Part shown: one piece after another, positions 38,678 through 48,517 of the stretch
Numbering within the stretch: the first letter of the stretch is position 1
How the letters are laid out: every line of letters begins with the position of its first letter
Assembly: GCA_964636505.1 (NCBI GenBank)
Contig: CAZWRY010000002.1
Coordinates: 17,248-81,247 of the forward strand
DNA length: 64,000 bases
Direction of reading: 5' to 3'
From: an uncultured Bdellovibrionales bacterium
Lineage (GTDB): Bacteria > Patescibacteriota > Minisyncoccia > Moranbacterales > UBA2206
Translations under genes and position numbers: made by a program
The notes under the pieces: generated by a model
What the model was told of the DNA's origin: nothing
Database searches by the model: none
What the model saw: only the letters and a program-made list of their open reading frames with translations

Positions 38678-38947
38678 CTATTTGTTTTGGTTTTGATTGA
38701 TAATTTCAACCAGCTTGTCCTTATCAATTTCTCCGTTTAAACGCAAAAATTCTTTTTCTTCTTTGTCTAAAAAAACAAAAGTGGGAAGCGTTTTGTCAAT
38801 TTTATGTTTCTTCACCATTTCTTTGTCATTGTCAAAATCATAATACTCGGTTTTAAGCCAGGGATTTTCCTCTTCAATTTTTTTCCATCTGGGCTTCATA
38901 ACTAGACACCCAGAGCACCAAACAGCCCCGAATTTTAATACTTTCAT
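38678..38947 (-). CDS. Small thioredoxin-like protein.
   Basis: 89 aa; WCSGC CxxC motif. Confidence 0.6.
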   Translation of the reverse strand: MKVLKFGAVWCSGCLVMKPRWKKIEEENPWLKTEYYDFDNDKEMVKKHKIDKTLPTFVFLDKEEKEFLRLNGEIDKDKLVEIINQNQNK

Positions 38948-39831
38948 AAATTTTGTTTTAAATTATTGTTCATTTCTATATTGCTAATTATTTCCTGAAA
39001 CAAACTTTTGTATTCTGGGTTCATCTCTAAAATCGGCTTCATCTCAATAGTTGCATCAACAAAATCTTTTCGGTATGGAATTTTGCCTAATATCGGAATA
39101 TCACTCTCTTTGGCAAATTTTTCTATTTCCAAACAAAAATTATTTGCTAAATCGTATTTATTGATAACAATTCCGTGCTTGATTTGGAAATGACGAGCCA
39201 GATACAAAACTCTTTTTAAATCGTGTAGAGCTGAGGGCGTTGGTTCGGTTACGGCCACAATATAATCAGTGCCGACCAACGAAGCTATAACCGGGCAACC
39301 GACTCCAGCTGAAGAATCTATAAGAAGCATTTCAATTTTTAATTGCTGGCTAATTTTGTCCGCATACTTTCTGACTTCCGCTACAATCTCTCCTGAAGCC
39401 AGTTCTCCCAGTTTAAGCTCGCCCGAAACAATATTTACTTGATAATTTTTTCCTGTGTATATTTCTCCGATTTCCTTTTTATCTTCCGAGATAGCTCCTG
39501 TTGGACAAGCTACTTTGCAAGCCTTGCATCCGATGCAAATATCTTGCACGAAAGCGGGATATTTATCTTTGACAAAAACAATGGCGTTTTGCTTGCAAAC
39601 TTCGGCACATTTTCCGCATTTCTTGCATTTAGAAAAATTCCACTTGGGAATGGCCTGATAAACAGTTTCAGATTTTTTTCTTTGAACAGAAAGCAAAAGA
39701 TGGTCATTGGGACATTCCACATCGGCATCAACTAAAAGTGTTTTATATTTTCTGGCAAATTCAATCGCCAAGGAAGTGGCAACCATCGATTTTCCCGTTC
39801 CGCCTTTCCCCCCAGTAACCGCTATCTTCAT
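38944..39831 (-). CDS. MinD/Mrp-like P-loop ATPase with an inserted 2x[4Fe-4S] ferredoxin domain.
   Basis: 295 aa; GGKGGTGKS deviant Walker A; two CxxCxxCxxxCP motifs (CKKCGKCAEVC, CIGCKACKVACP). Confidence 0.8.
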   Translation of the reverse strand: MKIAVTGGKGGTGKSMVATSLAIEFARKYKTLLVDADVECPNDHLLLSVQRKKSETVYQAIPKWNFSKCKKCGKCAEVCKQNAIVFVKDKYPAFVQDICIGCKACKVACPTGAISEDKKEIGEIYTGKNYQVNIVSGELKLGELASGEIVAEVRKYADKISQQLKIEMLLIDSSAGVGCPVIASLVGTDYIVAVTEPTPSALHDLKRVLYLARHFQIKHGIVINKYDLANNFCLEIEKFAKESDIPILGKIPYRKDFVDATIEMKPILEMNPEYKSLFQEIISNIEMNNNLKQNL

Positions 39832-40187
39832 AGTTTATGCTCTTCGCAAACATCTTCCAAAGATGCTTTCTGAAGTTTATTATTTTTCCACATCTCAAAA
39901 ATTTCTTTTACTGTTTCCGCTGATTGAACATATACTTCAATATTAAACTCTCGGCATAAATTCAAAGCCCGTGGACCCAATCCTCTGCAAAGCAAGACAT
40001 TCGCACTATGTTTTTTCATAAGTTCTGGCGGAAGCCCAATTCCTCCCATATGTTCGCTGGTATTATCTATTATTTCAAGAACTTGCCCATTTTCATCAAG
40101 AAACGTATAAGTATTGCACCTGCCGAAATGTTCGGCTATTTTGTCGTCTAAACCTTTTTTACCGTCTGTTGGAATGACAATTTTCAT
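39828..40187 (-). CDS. NifX/NifB-C-terminal-like dinitrogenase FeMo-cofactor-binding-domain protein.
   Basis: 119 aa; MKIVIPTDGK...FGRC...; small alpha/beta fold of this family. Confidence 0.7.
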   Translation of the reverse strand: MKIVIPTDGKKGLDDKIAEHFGRCNTYTFLDENGQVLEIIDNTSEHMGGIGLPPELMKKHSANVLLCRGLGPRALNLCREFNIEVYVQSAETVKEIFEMWKNNKLQKASLEDVCEEHKL

Positions 40188-40194
40188 ATTGGTT

Positions 40195-40527
40195 TTAATT
40201 GCTTAATTTTTTATCAATAAATTTCTGGATAACATCTTTTACTGCTCCATCCCCATTATATACTTCAATATTGAATTGCTTCAAAACATCCATTGCTCTG
40301 GGCCCTATGGTTCTGGCGATTACAACATTAACATTATTTTCTGCTAAAAGCTTGGCAGCCGACATTCCTGCCCCGCTAGCTTGATTTTCGTTATCGTTCT
40401 TTATGGCATCCGCTTTTGTTATCTTGCCGTTTTCAATATCTGCAATGACAAAATATGGGCATCTGCCAAATAACTCGGCAACACTATCGGACAATTCTTT
40501 GCCTTCCGAACTAATAGCTATTTTCAT
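40195..40527 (-). CDS. NifX/NifB-C-terminal-like FeMo-cofactor-binding-domain protein (second copy).
   Basis: 110 aa; MKIAISSEGK...FGRCPYFVI family signature. Confidence 0.7.
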   Translation of the reverse strand: MKIAISSEGKELSDSVAELFGRCPYFVIADIENGKITKADAIKNDNENQASGAGMSAAKLLAENNVNVVIARTIGPRAMDVLKQFNIEVYNGDGAVKDVIQKFIDKKLSN

Positions 40528-40547
40528 AACATTGAAATCTTAAAAAA

Positions 40548-40820
40548 TTATTTTTGATTTTTAATCTCTTCCAAACGGGATTTGACCGCTTTTAATTCTT
40601 CTTCCAGAACTTCCGCTTCTTTAGCAAGAATTTCAGCTTCTTCTTTTTTGTCTACGATTGGAGCAGGATAGTATCCCCAAAATCTTCTCCAGCCCAATCC
40701 GCGACCACCGCCTCGTCTTCGTCCATAATCCATACCGCCACCACAAGGACCCATTCCTCTTCCTGACATCGGTCCCATTCCCATCGGGCCTGTTCCATTT
40801 TGTCTTGGCATATTTATCAC
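40548..40820 (-). CDS. DUF5320-family small protein (Gly/Met-rich N-terminus plus coiled coil).
   Basis: 90 aa; MPRQNGTGPMGMGPMSGRGMGPCGGG typical of DUF5320, which is found next to NifX-like and MinD-Fd genes in anaerobes. Confidence 0.6.
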   Translation of the reverse strand: MINMPRQNGTGPMGMGPMSGRGMGPCGGGMDYGRRRGGGRGLGWRRFWGYYPAPIVDKKEEAEILAKEAEVLEEELKAVKSRLEEIKNQK

Positions 40821-40929
40821 CTCACTTTCTATTTTAGTTTTTTAGTTGAGTATATACTATGAATATATACCCATAATATATTACTGTCAAACACGCAGAC
40901 TATTTCAAAATTTTTTATCCGGGCATCCC

Positions 40930-40958
40930 TTGATTTTTTCAGCTTTTTAGCGTAAAAT
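40930..40958 (+). promoter_or_regulatory. Sigma-70-like promoter candidate (TTGATT-17-TAAAAT) for the 757-aa gene.
   Basis: -35 at 40930..40935, -10 at 40953..40958, ATG at 40983. Confidence 0.4.
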
Positions 40959-40982
40959 AAGGAAAATTATAATTACAATTAT

Positions 40983-43256
40983 ATGCCTCTTGATTTCGAT
41001 ATACCCGCCTCAAAAGCTAGAAAATTCGGTCTGATTGAAGAACTTCCAAAAATAAAGGATACAGAGAGGGTTTTAATTGAGGTTAATTCAATAAAAGAGA
41101 CAGCTAGTTCCGTTGACATTGATTGCAGGGTTTCGGTCAGAGGGAAACAAAGTGAGAATAAGATAAAATATTCAATAAACGATATTACGCCAGAAAAAGC
41201 CACCTTCGCAGGATGGGCTTTTATTTTGTCTTATACAGAACGAGGTGGATTCTATTCTGGCGAAAAAATTTCCGAGAAAGAAGAAAAATCTCTAAAGGAT
41301 AGTGCTAAAGCATTTCTCGAAATAGCAACAAAAGAGGATTCTTCAAAATCAAAAAAAATATCTTGTTTGCCTTATTATTTAATAGCAAAACATCACTTAT
41401 ATGATTATAAGGATAGGGCGAAAACAAACCTTCATAAATCGTTAGACTGTCCCGATGTATTTCCAGATGCATACGATGCTTTAATAAATCTAGAAAGCTA
41501 TTCCGTAAAGAAATTGCTTATTGCCCAAGAAGGATTAAAAAAATTCCCAAGTGAAGAAAAACTTATAACTGAAATAGTAGATTACTATGTTGAACATAAC
41601 GAAAATAAAAAAGCAACCGATTTAATTCTAAGCAAAAAAGAAGTCATTCCACCGGACAAATGGATAAATTATAAAAGTCTAAGATTGTTGCTGGTTTTTT
41701 GCTTAATCAAACTTAAAAAATTCGATGAAGCAAGAAAAGAAACAAAAATACCAATATGCGAAACTGACTTTGAAGAAGATGCAAATCTTTTTCTAAAAGG
41801 ATTCATTGAATATGAAGCTGGTGATTATCAAAAGGCAACCGACTTTTTTCTTGATACAATAAAAATTTCCACTTATAACTCTAGCGAAGTAAGAGCAAGT
41901 TATTATTTCCTATTGGGATGCTATTATAATCTGGGACAGACAAGCCAACTGGAAGAACTAGCCAAGGAATTTGAATTAGCCAGTGATTACTTTTACGTAG
42001 AAGCTCTTAGGGGGTTTCACTATGTGGAGAATGTTAGAAAAATTCTCAAAGATATAATCAAATCTGAAGTTGATGAACTCGTAAAAGCTAAACTTTCTGG
42101 ATTATTGGCTTTCTCTTATTTTCAGGAAATTGAAACTAATCAGCAAAGCATTAAAAACAGAGCTTTCTGGGGCGGAGATTTAACAAAAAAGGAGAAGGAG
42201 AGAATAAAGAAAAACCTTTCACTTTTAGAGGATACCTTGAGATACTATCCGCGTGTTTCATTTTTTAATGCCTTGTATGCAAATTTATGTAATTATATTG
42301 GATATTATGATAAAGCTGTTAAATTTGACTTGAAGGCAATTGACGGCAAGGAAAATGAAAATATGGATGCATACAGCTATACGGAACTTACTGAATGTTC
42401 TAAGGAATTTATTGATAATTATGCAGAAATAATCAAGGAAAATGTTAGAGATATTGATAAATATATCGAAGAAAGACTTAGTTCAGACATAAACTCTTTA
42501 TACGAAATAAAAAAATACAATGTAATATCAGAGATATATTTCTATCTTAAAAATCAGAACAAGCTTGATACAATATGGGGAGCAGAAACTGAAAGCTTTA
42601 ATGGCTTCCTATTCCGTCTTGCATATAGCCTGAATGAAAAGGGACATATAAAAGACGCTTCGGTGGCATACAAAAAACATATTGAATTTTACGATGAAGA
42701 TTCGAGTGTTCTGAATAACTTGGCACTAATAAGAGAAAAAGAAGGCAAACTGGAAGAAGCAAAAAGCTTAATAACCAAGGCTAAAAATATTTCTGAAGAA
42801 AATGATGAGGTGGTTGATAGAAATTATGCCCGATTGACTTCGAGTTCAAAAAAAATACAATCAACTTCAGAAATTATTGAAAAAGCAGAAGAAATAAAAT
42901 CAACATTCACACCCCAAGCATTGATTGAAAAAGGCATAGGATATTTCCAATTTCGCAAACAGCGACCAAAAATAAAAATTGGCCAATCTGATAGTCGGCA
43001 TTTCAGATTGTTGCAATTTTTATCCAGTCCTCTTGGCTCTTCCAGAACCATCGACAGCGTTTTTGACGCCATTAAATTGCCGAAAGATAAAAATGACCAG
43101 ATGCTGAACGGCTATAACACCTATCAATCAATCGGCAGAAAAATAGACCTAATAGAGTATGCTAAGAAAGAACTTCAAAAAAATAAGGAGCTTCAGGGCA
43201 GACTCAAGTTTGAATTAGACCGCAATCAAAAAACATATAGGCTTCGGCTTGTTTAG
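40983..43256 (+). CDS. Large TPR-like / alpha-helical repeat protein of unknown function.
   Basis: 757 aa; several TPR-like helix pairs (for example AYKKHIEFYDEDSSVLNNLALIREKEGKLEEAKSLI); no catalytic motif recognised; starts the putative integrative island. Confidence 0.6.
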   Translation: MPLDFDIPASKARKFGLIEELPKIKDTERVLIEVNSIKETASSVDIDCRVSVRGKQSENKIKYSINDITPEKATFAGWAFILSYTERGGFYSGEKISEKEEKSLKDSAKAFLEIATKEDSSKSKKISCLPYYLIAKHHLYDYKDRAKTNLHKSLDCPDVFPDAYDALINLESYSVKKLLIAQEGLKKFPSEEKLITEIVDYYVEHNENKKATDLILSKKEVIPPDKWINYKSLRLLLVFCLIKLKKFDEARKETKIPICETDFEEDANLFLKGFIEYEAGDYQKATDFFLDTIKISTYNSSEVRASYYFLLGCYYNLGQTSQLEELAKEFELASDYFYVEALRGFHYVENVRKILKDIIKSEVDELVKAKLSGLLAFSYFQEIETNQQSIKNRAFWGGDLTKKEKERIKKNLSLLEDTLRYYPRVSFFNALYANLCNYIGYYDKAVKFDLKAIDGKENENMDAYSYTELTECSKEFIDNYAEIIKENVRDIDKYIEERLSSDINSLYEIKKYNVISEIYFYLKNQNKLDTIWGAETESFNGFLFRLAYSLNEKGHIKDASVAYKKHIEFYDEDSSVLNNLALIREKEGKLEEAKSLITKAKNISEENDEVVDRNYARLTSSSKKIQSTSEIIEKAEEIKSTFTPQALIEKGIGYFQFRKQRPKIKIGQSDSRHFRLLQFLSSPLGSSRTIDSVFDAIKLPKDKNDQMLNGYNTYQSIGRKIDLIEYAKKELQKNKELQGRLKFELDRNQKTYRLRLV

Positions 43257-43302
43257 AGTATTTCAGAGTAAAACATAGAAAATTAAAAGGCATCAGTTTA
43301 GA

Positions 43303-43330
43303 GGGCTTTATTGGAAAGCCTTTTTTATTT
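43303..43330 (+). terminator. Rho-independent terminator of the 757-aa gene.
   Basis: GGCTTT ATTGG AAAGCC followed by TTTTTTATTT. Confidence 0.6.
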
Positions 43331-43437
43331 GGATAAAATAGCCGCATTTTCTATACAAAACCCTCTTTAACCCTCTCACTCATTTTTCACTGAGAGGGTT
43401 ATTCATACTGGACATATAACCATTAACAAAAAATTAT

Positions 43438-43731
43438 ATGCCCAGAAAATTATCCAAAAGTAACTCGGAGAAATTGGGTCGGATTTCATCCGATAACTAT
43501 CAAGATTTTTTAACTACTTATGACTTAGGCTGTTCAGCCGCACTGGTGAGCAGTGGCTTTGAGCTTGTCTCGCTGGATAAATCCAATCCGAAAAAAGTCC
43601 AGTTTATTTTCAAAAGAGAAATCGGCATTGAAAAAGTTGTTGACCAATACTGGGCAGACCGTCTGGATGTGAAGGCTAGGACGTTTTTCGACAACGTGAA
43701 AATGCTCAAAAATCGCATCTGGAGCGAATAA
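43438..43731 (+). CDS. DUF5659-like small protein.
   Basis: 97 aa; core TTYDLGCSAALVSSGFELVSLDKSNPKKVQFIFKRE resembles the DUF5659 family recalled from memory. Confidence 0.45.
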   Translation: MPRKLSKSNSEKLGRISSDNYQDFLTTYDLGCSAALVSSGFELVSLDKSNPKKVQFIFKREIGIEKVVDQYWADRLDVKARTFFDNVKMLKNRIWSE

Positions 43732-43745
43732 TTAACTTTGCCCAG

Positions 43746-44087
43746 ATGAAAACAAATACCCGAAAAATTTGTAGCCACAGAAGCTATACGATAGACGAAC
43801 TATCGAAAATTCTGGGCAAATGTGAAAAGACTTTTTCCCGTTGGATTGAAGAAGGCTTGAAAACAATCCCTGGATGCAAGAAGCCAATTCTGATAAGTGG
43901 CCGAGAAGTTAAAGAATTTATGAAGAATAGAAGATTAAAAAGAAAAATCCCGCTCAACCGCAACCAGTTTTTATGTATGACTTGTAAGGCCGCAAGATAT
44001 GCCAAAAGAGGTTCAATTAAGGTTGTCGGCGACAAAAAAACTGCTCTCTGTCGTGTCTGCAACGGCAAAATGAGCCGAATAATTTAG
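43746..44087 (+). CDS. Small HTH-like plus zinc-ribbon protein, hypothetical.
   Basis: 113 aa; C-terminal CMTCK...CRVCNG Cys4. Confidence 0.45.
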   Translation: MKTNTRKICSHRSYTIDELSKILGKCEKTFSRWIEEGLKTIPGCKKPILISGREVKEFMKNRRLKRKIPLNRNQFLCMTCKAARYAKRGSIKVVGDKKTALCRVCNGKMSRII

Positions 44088-44112
44088 CCCTACCAAAACG
44101 ACTATATGATAT

Positions 44113-45279
44113 TTGCAATCCTCGCTTAAATGTCTATTTTCACTGCTAATTATTATTTTCAACATTATGACAAAAATACTCTACCAAAATGAGCAAAGAA
44201 AACGGGAATTTCTCGAGCATTTGAAAGGTGCGGAAGGTTTCTCTGAAAGCTCCATCAATACCTTTGCTGAAGCCGTAGACCAATGGCAGATTTTCACCGA
44301 AAACGATGACTTTGCTAATTTCAACAAGTCAAAGGCTCTATCTTTTCGAGACTGGCTGAAAACTAGAAAATCCAACACTGAAAACGGCACAATTTCACTG
44401 GTAACACAATATAACTATCTTCGCCGAGTAAAAAGATTTTTCACTTGGCTAGCGGGGCAACCAGTTTATAAAAACAAAATTTTAAAGAATGACGTGGAAT
44501 TTTTACGCCTTTCTAAGGGAGATGCCCGCATAGCTCGCCAAGGCACGACCAAGCAAATGCCCACTTTTGAAGAAGCAAGGGCAATAATTGAAAGCATAGC
44601 GATAAAAAACGAAATAGATATGCGAGACCGAGCATTTATCTCCTTTATTCTTACTACTGGTATTCGCATTCACGCCGCCGCAACCTTGCGAATGAAAAGT
44701 TTTGACGCGAAAAACAGACTGATAGACCAAAATCCGGCAGACGGTATAAAAACCAAAAATTCAAAACGGATACTAACCACTTTCTTTCCTATAGGCTGGG
44801 ATGAACCGGAAAAATATTTTTTGGAATGGTTTGATTATTTAAAATCAAAAGGTTTCCGGCCAGATGACCCGATTTTTCCAGCTACACTAAATAATTTGAT
44901 TTCTGGAAGACAAGCTTACAGCCAAAATTCAATCGGCAGAAATTTTTGGAGCGGCACGAGCGGTGCAAGAAAAATTTTTGAGAAAAGATGTAAAAATGCT
45001 GACCTGCCATATTTTCATCCACATTCTTTCCGCCATTTGGTAGTTAACATTTTGAGTAAAACCCGTCTCACAGAAGAAGAGAAACGGGCCATAAGTCTTA
45101 ACCTTGGGCACGCCAATGTCGGCACGACTTTTGGTTCATATGGCTATGGAAGTATGACTGAAGATGACGCAGTCAAAATAGTGCAGAAATTGAAAGCAAC
45201 CAATCAAGACGGGAGCAATTTAGTCCTTTCAGATGATGAAAGAGCTGTTTTTGAGCGAGTTATAAATAGAATTTTATAA
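44113..45279 (+). CDS. Tyrosine-type site-specific recombinase/integrase. The true start is probably the ATG at 44167 (MTKILYQNEQ...).
   Basis: 388 aa; N-terminal SAM-like core-binding domain; catalytic R...HSFRH...LGHANVGTTFGSYGY (R-H-R-Y). Confidence 0.8.
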   Translation: MQSSLKCLFSLLIIIFNIMTKILYQNEQRKREFLEHLKGAEGFSESSINTFAEAVDQWQIFTENDDFANFNKSKALSFRDWLKTRKSNTENGTISLVTQYNYLRRVKRFFTWLAGQPVYKNKILKNDVEFLRLSKGDARIARQGTTKQMPTFEEARAIIESIAIKNEIDMRDRAFISFILTTGIRIHAAATLRMKSFDAKNRLIDQNPADGIKTKNSKRILTTFFPIGWDEPEKYFLEWFDYLKSKGFRPDDPIFPATLNNLISGRQAYSQNSIGRNFWSGTSGARKIFEKRCKNADLPYFHPHSFRHLVVNILSKTRLTEEEKRAISLNLGHANVGTTFGSYGYGSMTEDDAVKIVQKLKATNQDGSNLVLSDDERAVFERVINRIL

Positions 45280-45297
45280 ATAATACACGAGAAGAGA

Positions 45298-45528
45298 ATG
45301 GCTATCAAAGCTCGGATACAATTTCAGAGGATTTATAAAAATCCCGAAAAAACAATTTCTTTCAGAGAGGCTTTTATGTGCTCGGAAATTTCAACAAAAA
45401 AGATACATCAGCCCTCAGTGGATTATCAGCTCGCCGAAAATGAAGACGGGTTGTTTGAGAAAGCCTTTGACATTTTGTTTGAAGAAACATTGAGGCAAAA
45501 TAATGATTTGACAACTAATGACAATTAA
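45298..45528 (+). CDS. Hypothetical small protein.
   Basis: 76-aa ORF between the two recombinase genes; no motif. Confidence 0.3.
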   Translation: MAIKARIQFQRIYKNPEKTISFREAFMCSEISTKKIHQPSVDYQLAENEDGLFEKAFDILFEETLRQNNDLTTNDN

Positions 45529-45543
45529 GTATATAATAAAATT

Positions 45544-45723
45544 ATGGAATTTCTCACACTTGAACAAGTGGCTAAATACTTTGGAGTTCATCCTCGCACC
45601 GTTATGCGTTGGCTTAAGCAAGGCAGTCTCAAAGGTTATAAGTTGGGCAAAGGCAAAACGGCTCTTTTACGCATCCCCAAATCAGAAGTAAGTAAATTTT
45701 TAGAAAAACATAAAATCAAATGA
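45544..45723 (+). CDS. Excisionase / MerR-like HTH DNA-binding small protein; its stop overlaps the recombinase start (ATGA).
   Basis: 59 aa, below the ORF-track cutoff: MEFLTLEQVAKYFGVHPRTVMRWLKQGSLKGYKLGKGKTALLRIPKSEVSKFLEKHKIK; helix-turn-helix_17-like. Confidence 0.55.
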   Translation: MEFLTLEQVAKYFGVHPRTVMRWLKQGSLKGYKLGKGKTALLRIPKSEVSKFLEKHKIK

Positions 45724-47360
45724 ACTCGTTGAATGATGACAAATCAATAAAGCTTATAGCCACTTACGCTCGTGTTTCTGAAAATCCTGATGATGAAGAA
45801 GGGACTATAAAAAATCAGTCAATGACTTTTAATGAATTGGCTGAAAAGAATAATTGGCAGATAATCCAAGAATATAAAGATGATGATTGGAGTGGCGACA
45901 TTTTGGAACGACCCGCACTTGATAAACTTCGGCTTGATGCAAAAAACAAAAACAGAGTTTGGGAAGCAGTCCTTATTTATGACCCAGACCGTTTGGCTCG
46001 CCGATACTCTTATCAAGAACTGGTGATGGATGAATTGCGGGAAGCAGGCATTGAGGTGATTTTTGTAACCGTTCCCGCTCCCCGAAATACTGAAGAAAAA
46101 ATAATGTATGGCTTCAAGGGCTTGTTTGCCGAGTATGAACGAGCAAAAATTGCCGAGAGATTTCGTTTAGGCAAACTTCGCAAAGCCAGAAACGGACATA
46201 TTTTGACAACACAACCTTTATACGGCTATAACTATATTCCAAAACAAGGTGATAGGCACGGCTATTATGAAATCAATCCGATAGAAGCAAGAGTTGTTAA
46301 AATGGTATTTTCTTGGATTGCTAATGACGGAATGACTTTGAGGGGCGTGGTAAAAAAATTGCACGAGTTGGGCATCAGACCACGCAAAAGCAAAAGGGAT
46401 GTTTGGAACACGGGCACATTGAGCACAATGCTTCGGCATAGAGGATATATTGGTGAGGCACACTGGGGCAGTTCGTATGCAGTTGTTCCTGAAAGGCCGC
46501 TCAAAAATGAAAAATATAAAAAAGTAAAAAAGACCAGCCGCAGGATTAGACCAAGAGAAGAATGGATAACAATTCCTGTTCCAGCAATTATTGAGACAGA
46601 ATTATTTGAAAAAGCGAACACTCAATTGCAAGCAAATTTTGCATTATGCAAACGTAACAAAAGAAATGAATATCTCTTGGCTGGTAAAATTGAATGCGTC
46701 TGTGGCAGAAAAAGAACTGGCGAAGGATATTACAATAAGCCAAATCTTTATTATCGTTGCAGTGATAGAGTGCTAAATTTTCCCTTACCATCAAAATGCA
46801 AGGAAAGAGGCATCAATGCCAGAGTAGCTGATGAGCTTGTTTGGAAAAAAATTGCAAGACTAATGAGTTCTCCAGAATTGCTGGCAGAGCAAGTCAATCG
46901 CTGGTTCAAAAACAAGCAAAGTAAAACGGGAACGGTATTGATTGATATTGAAGCTCTAAAAAAAGAAGTTGAAAAACTGGGCAAACAAGTTGAACGATAT
47001 AATAAAGGCTATGGAGTGGGAGCGTTCACTCTGGATGAGCTCAAGGAATACACTGACCCTCTACGAGAGCAAATTAGCCAGCTTCAAGCCCAAATTTCAA
47101 AAGCTACAAGTGAAAGCAATCAAACTCATCTGAAAGCACCAAATGAGCAAGAAATGGAAGCATTTGCCGAAAAAGCGAGAAAGACCCTTCAAAACTTGAG
47201 TTTTACTCTCAAACGTGCGATAATTTTAAATACTGTTGAAAAAGTAATTGCTTCAAAAGAACATTTACGGGTAAACGGTTATTTACCCCTAAATGTCTCA
47301 TTGTGTTATGAAGATAGGAATTGTAGGACTGCCGAATGTGGGCAAAAGCACTCTGTTTAA
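45720..47360 (+). CDS. Large serine recombinase (resolvase, recombinase and zinc-ribbon domains).
   Basis: 546 aa; catalytic YARVSE serine, DxxRLAR motif, recombinase domain, Cys-rich zinc ribbon (CVCGRK...CSDR), coiled coil; 3' end overlaps ychF by 50 nt. Confidence 0.88.
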   Translation: MNSLNDDKSIKLIATYARVSENPDDEEGTIKNQSMTFNELAEKNNWQIIQEYKDDDWSGDILERPALDKLRLDAKNKNRVWEAVLIYDPDRLARRYSYQELVMDELREAGIEVIFVTVPAPRNTEEKIMYGFKGLFAEYERAKIAERFRLGKLRKARNGHILTTQPLYGYNYIPKQGDRHGYYEINPIEARVVKMVFSWIANDGMTLRGVVKKLHELGIRPRKSKRDVWNTGTLSTMLRHRGYIGEAHWGSSYAVVPERPLKNEKYKKVKKTSRRIRPREEWITIPVPAIIETELFEKANTQLQANFALCKRNKRNEYLLAGKIECVCGRKRTGEGYYNKPNLYYRCSDRVLNFPLPSKCKERGINARVADELVWKKIARLMSSPELLAEQVNRWFKNKQSKTGTVLIDIEALKKEVEKLGKQVERYNKGYGVGAFTLDELKEYTDPLREQISQLQAQISKATSESNQTHLKAPNEQEMEAFAEKARKTLQNLSFTLKRAIILNTVEKVIASKEHLRVNGYLPLNVSLCYEDRNCRTAECGQKHSV

Positions 47361-48354
47361 GGCTTTAACGCGGGTAACCGTAGACATCAACAATTACCCC
47401 TTTTGCACCATTGAGCCCAATGTGGGCATTGTTAAGGTACCCGATGAACGCCTTCAAAAATTGGCTAAAATGTCGCATTCAAAAAAAATAATCCCGGCCG
47501 TGGTGGAATTTGTGGATATTGCCGGCATTGTTAAAGGCGCTTCCGTCGGCGAAGGTCTGGGTAATAAATTCCTGTCTCATATTCGCGAAGTAGATGCCAT
47601 TGCCGAAGTTGTGAGAGTTTTTAAAAATTCCAATATTACTCATGTGCACAACAAGATTGATCCGGAAAATGATATTGAAATTATCAATTCAGAATTAATG
47701 CTGGCCGACCTGGAAACCATTGGCAAAGTAAAAATCAGATTGGAAAAGGATAAGCGCGGGAATAAGAAAGGCGCTACCGAGCAATTGGAAGTTTTGGAAA
47801 AAATTCAGAAAAATTTGGAAAATGGACATTTGGCCAATGAAACAGTTTTGGATATGCAAGAAGAAAATACCCAAATCATTGTCCGCGAACTTTCACTTTT
47901 GACCATGAAACCGTTCTTGTATGTCTACAACATAGCTGATGTTAATCAAAAGTTATCAGATAGCTTGGAAAAAAGAAGCCATGTGAAATTGGATATAAAA
48001 ATAGAAGAAGAGCTTTTGGAAATGTCTCCCGAAGAAGCCACAGAAATGGAAATCAAATCATCAATTGATGGCTTGATAGTTAAGGCTTACGAAATTCTTG
48101 GGCTCATCACCTTCCTCACAACCGGCGAAGATGAAACTCGCGCCTGGACTATCCGCAAAAATTCAACTGCGCCGATAGCCGGCGCTGCTATTCATAATGA
48201 CTTCAAAGACCGTTTCATTCGAGCTGATATCATCCAATGGAACAAGCTCCTGGAAGCCAGCTCTTGGTCCAAAGCCAGAGAGATGGGAATGCTTAGGACC
48301 GAAGGCAAAGACTACATTGTCCAAGATGGAGACGTAATAGAATTTAAGATATAA
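47311..48354 (+). CDS. ychF: Ribosome-binding ATPase YchF (Obg-family GTPase).
   Basis: [18 protein letters not shown]1 motif, TGS domain at the C-terminus. The ORF track's upstream extension (47293) belongs to the overlap with the recombinase. Confidence 0.85.
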   Translation, partial: KIGIVGLPNVGKSTLFKALTRVTVDINNYPFCTIEPNVGIVKVPDERLQKLAKMSHSKKIIPAVVEFVDIAGIVKGASVGEGLGNKFLSHIREVDAIAEVVRVFKNSNITHVHNKIDPENDIEIINSELMLADLETIGKVKIRLEKDKRGNKKGATEQLEVLEKIQKNLENGHLANETVLDMQEENTQIIVRELSLLTMKPFLYVYNIADVNQKLSDSLEKRSHVKLDIKIEEELLEMSPEEATEMEIKSSIDGLIVKAYEILGLITFLTTGEDETRAWTIRKNSTAPIAGAAIHNDFKDRFIRADIIQWNKLLEASSWSKAREMGMLRTEGKDYIVQDGDVIEFKI

Positions 48355-48517
48355 CTTGACCATTTCCAGACCAGATGCTAAACTAAAAACAATCTAGAAA
48401 GACCAGGATTTTCCCGCCCGGAGTATTCAGGGATAGGAAAATATTCATCCGCAAGAAATGGCTTTCTTTGAGGATTTTTTAATACTTTAAGATATAAATA
48501 TAAAGCACGAAAATATT

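Noticed and set aside
43381-43412. 10-bp inverted repeat AACCCTCTCA...TGAGAGGGTT upstream of the DUF5659-like gene, as a candidate att site or terminator.
   Set aside because: No T-tract follows, and no matching copy was found at the other putative island end by eye. Kept only as a note for the island-boundary search.
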